A DNA stretch of 64,000 bases from a virus (Duplodnaviria > Caudoviricetes), in the IMG/VR virus record IMGVR_UViG_3300028283_000231; one strand, given 5' to 3'. Positions 63,001 to 64,000 of the stretch are shown here, in pieces. The notes beneath the pieces are model-generated. The model worked only from the letters and a program-made list of their open reading frames with translations. It was not told the origin of the DNA and searched no databases. The stretch's first letter is position 1, and every line of letters begins with the position of its first letter. Both the position numbers and the translations under genes were made by a program.

Positions 63001-64000
63001 TTTTCGTTATAGTTATAGAGTGCTCCGACTACCTCGTAACCTTCGTCTAATTTCTTTACACAATTTTTCCATTTTTCTATATTAAAATATTCAAGACATT
63101 CCCTCCAACTATCTATCGCTAATCTATTACCAGCGCTATTATAAATGCTCCAAACTCCTTTTAAATGGAAATATAAAATATAAGCGTTTTCGATTTTAAC
63201 GAATTCCTGTAAAGCTTGAAGTGTAGGATATTCAAAAAAGTTTTCTTCTATTCTAATTATATTAATTCTGAATAAATTATCGTAAGAATTTACCTTACCT
63301 TGAAATTTATTAAACTCTTTATCTTCTCCAAAAACGTACATGAATAAGATTGTGAGTTCGTCGTATAGTCCGCTTTCTTTTAATATTTTAAGTTGATTAT
63401 CTAATATAGAGTTCCAATTGTTCACAAGATAATTATGTGAAAAAGCGTAAATTGGTATAGTTTTATTTTCTTCACCTATAACTTGCACTGATTGGAAGTC
63501 ACATCTTTTATTAAAATCAGATATAGAAGTTAAACTAAAAGGTCTATTGTGTGAACCACAACCACCTGATAAATTCCAATCACTTAATCTATCAGCTACA
63601 CCAGCTGATCTTCTAGTCATGTATTTATGTGCTATCCATTTAAAATGTAAATGTTTTATATCTCTTGTTTCACTATATTTAACTGGACCTATTGGATCAC
63701 ATCCGTGACTACCTATATGATAGTTAATATCAATGGATGATTTGAATATTGATTTCTTATCTAAAAAGACTGAGTCTCTTACTCCCCTGTTTACGATATC
63801 TGGTAAATATTTCCCTTCTTCGAATTTTGGAATTTTTTTACTTATCATGTCATAACCCTCTGTTAATGGTATAGTTACACCGTTTTTATCGTATTCTTTA
63901 AGTTTTTCTTTAAGATTTGGGTGATATATAAATTCATCTATATCGCAGACTATTATCCAGTCGTATTGTTCCCTGTATGGTTTCCAACCATCGTTTCTAA
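60024..64000 (-). CDS. Large multidomain glycosyltransferase, 5' partial (GT2-like, two H.KG/FFW domains, GT2, degenerate methyltransferase)
   Basis: Frame stays open past track start 63848 to the window edge (WIIVCDIDEF DxD); YFHLKG...GNFWWA; VLIPTYNR...HLDDDN; YFHLKG...GGHFFW; LEIGS. Confidence 0.8.
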   Translation of the reverse strand, partial: RNDGWKPYREQYDWIIVCDIDEFIYHPNLKEKLKEYDKNGVTIPLTEGYDMISKKIPKFEEGKYLPDIVNRGVRDSVFLDKKSIFKSSIDINYHIGSHGCDPIGPVKYSETRDIKHLHFKWIAHKYMTRRSAGVADRLSDWNLSGGCGSHNRPFSLTSISDFNKRCDFQSVQVIGEENKTIPIYAFSHNYLVNNWNSILDNQLKILKESGLYDELTILFMYVFGEDKEFNKFQGKVNSYDNLFRINIIRIEENFFEYPTLQALQEFVKIENAYILYFHLKGVWSIYNSAGNRLAIDSWRECLEYFNIEKWKNCVKKLDEGYEVVGALYNYNEKEPLFSGNFWWANSKYIKKLPKLEYVKENDPDPNDEAKTWCRVECEKWINRIPNKFYNFYIPKDYGFYYAPIDAKDYKGDSHYKISVLIPTYNRFNLLKEAIKSVLDQNYDNFEILVCHDGPSDEYNKFKEDNKHDKIFYYEIERRNNYGAAQRNFMLEKVTGDYILHLDDDNIIYPDYFEKMIAQIDNKTGMVICRIHYNDKEWTNYVLPLADRIQDCEIDQLGILFKADIGKMFNWDDYFGHDHRYIKACENVVNAQNLKIKYIPDVLASHRFFGEVIPRIVIVHHCYLRYGWKDILEEQIFLMKNNGLYEGCTEIFATIYADDKNNINEFRNIIEQEDTLKKWKIIELQQNNYEYDALKHLKKYSEDKHTYICYFHLKGVISKEIDPNVGIPTWRKYLNYFTINKWKENIEHLKDNDVVCVDWNFNDMHQRYVLGGHFFWTKSEYIRTLGEPENNENRFLSEIWITSNPNVKVYENFNYEKIGYKNLYLQWFHPLIYRTDHEEFANELVSWSFRKYGEQENKYDYKDFIKSLMIKGNQSVLEIGSKYYGSTYCFCNIFDKVVLIDKEETEQIRKLNKEYNNLTFILEDKDTKSKINGMKFDFLYLRNEYKDCLKDDTSVIFHDFKQKEDEPVIVESIAEPIEFIKPNSVYIITSHPNYKMSEDITKKTLENIRLFGEKVILSAHCPVSTDIQKLADYFIYDKNNPLIKHDFYTNSWFPATDYHAHLNITKEDNNFNHALGVFLNYYNSLILAKSQGFNTAVCTNFDMVFSAEDKKVIDDRINRMRMEGKKAFFMNTPETEGVHYKTIFFITDVDYFINTFKYITNEKLYIEEMQKVGSNTNCLENFVYHSLKNKTKDLLLEEINEDQLFPTSQINLFSLIEYNTILPVENEPDKFVIWFSSANSLDSRDFNIAVRKNGNIILTDLKPIDKKFIYYKKVKFTKGDNFEINFRVINGNEVLKNKIIKVNDEVFTNIKSYGNFIDRKNIESI

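Noticed and set aside
1-64000. Genome-wide TGA (or TAG) reassignment
   Set aside because: Long ORFs are intact under code 11, Trp is TGG, and many genes end in ATGA overlaps; the in-frame TGAs I found are confined to the release-factor gene
1-64000. CRISPR array, IS/transposase, rRNA
   Set aside because: No regularly spaced repeats, transposase motifs or rRNA-like sequence seen
30355-64000. Ordinary bacterial capsule/O-antigen locus
   Set aside because: No flippase, polymerase, chain-length or export genes visible, and the context is phage-like; not excluded until the flanks are seen

Overview
AT-rich 64 kb segment that most likely comes from a large (jumbo) phage of a Bacteroidota host. 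This is an inference: no capsid, terminase or rRNA genes are in the window. Support comes from a CCA-less tRNA array, seven free-standing homing endonucleases, DUF5661, T4-like capsid-targeting leaders, Bacteroidota TAnnTTTG promoter elements and a Bacteroidota-type bL36. Layout: (1) 1-1.3 kb, tRNA array in which normal tRNAs alternate with aberrant tRNA-like and other structured RNAs; (2) 1.4-25.9 kb, accessory genes for translation, stress and RNA repair. These include an RF1-like release factor with two in-frame TGA codons, TraR/DksA, an HD hydrolase, an ATP-grasp protein, a ClpB-like ATPase fractured by an atypically split intein, PurA, an unannotated ribosomal protein bL36 next to RtcB, and a Ro/TROVE-like DUF2828 gene split by a LAGLIDADG gene; (3) 25.9-30.3 kb, minus-strand block of probable virion-internal proteins including DeoC; (4) 30.3-64 kb, about 34 kb of glycosyltransferase, methyltransferase and sugar-modification genes, with nusG embedded. 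The most notable candidate system is a phage tRNA/ribosome repair and rescue network: RtcB, bL36, DUF2828-vWA, a UGA-gated release factor, and a five-copy stem-ACAGCAA RNA motif, two copies of which display canonical anticodon stem-loops. All family assignments come from motif recognition by eye; no searches or folding programs were run.
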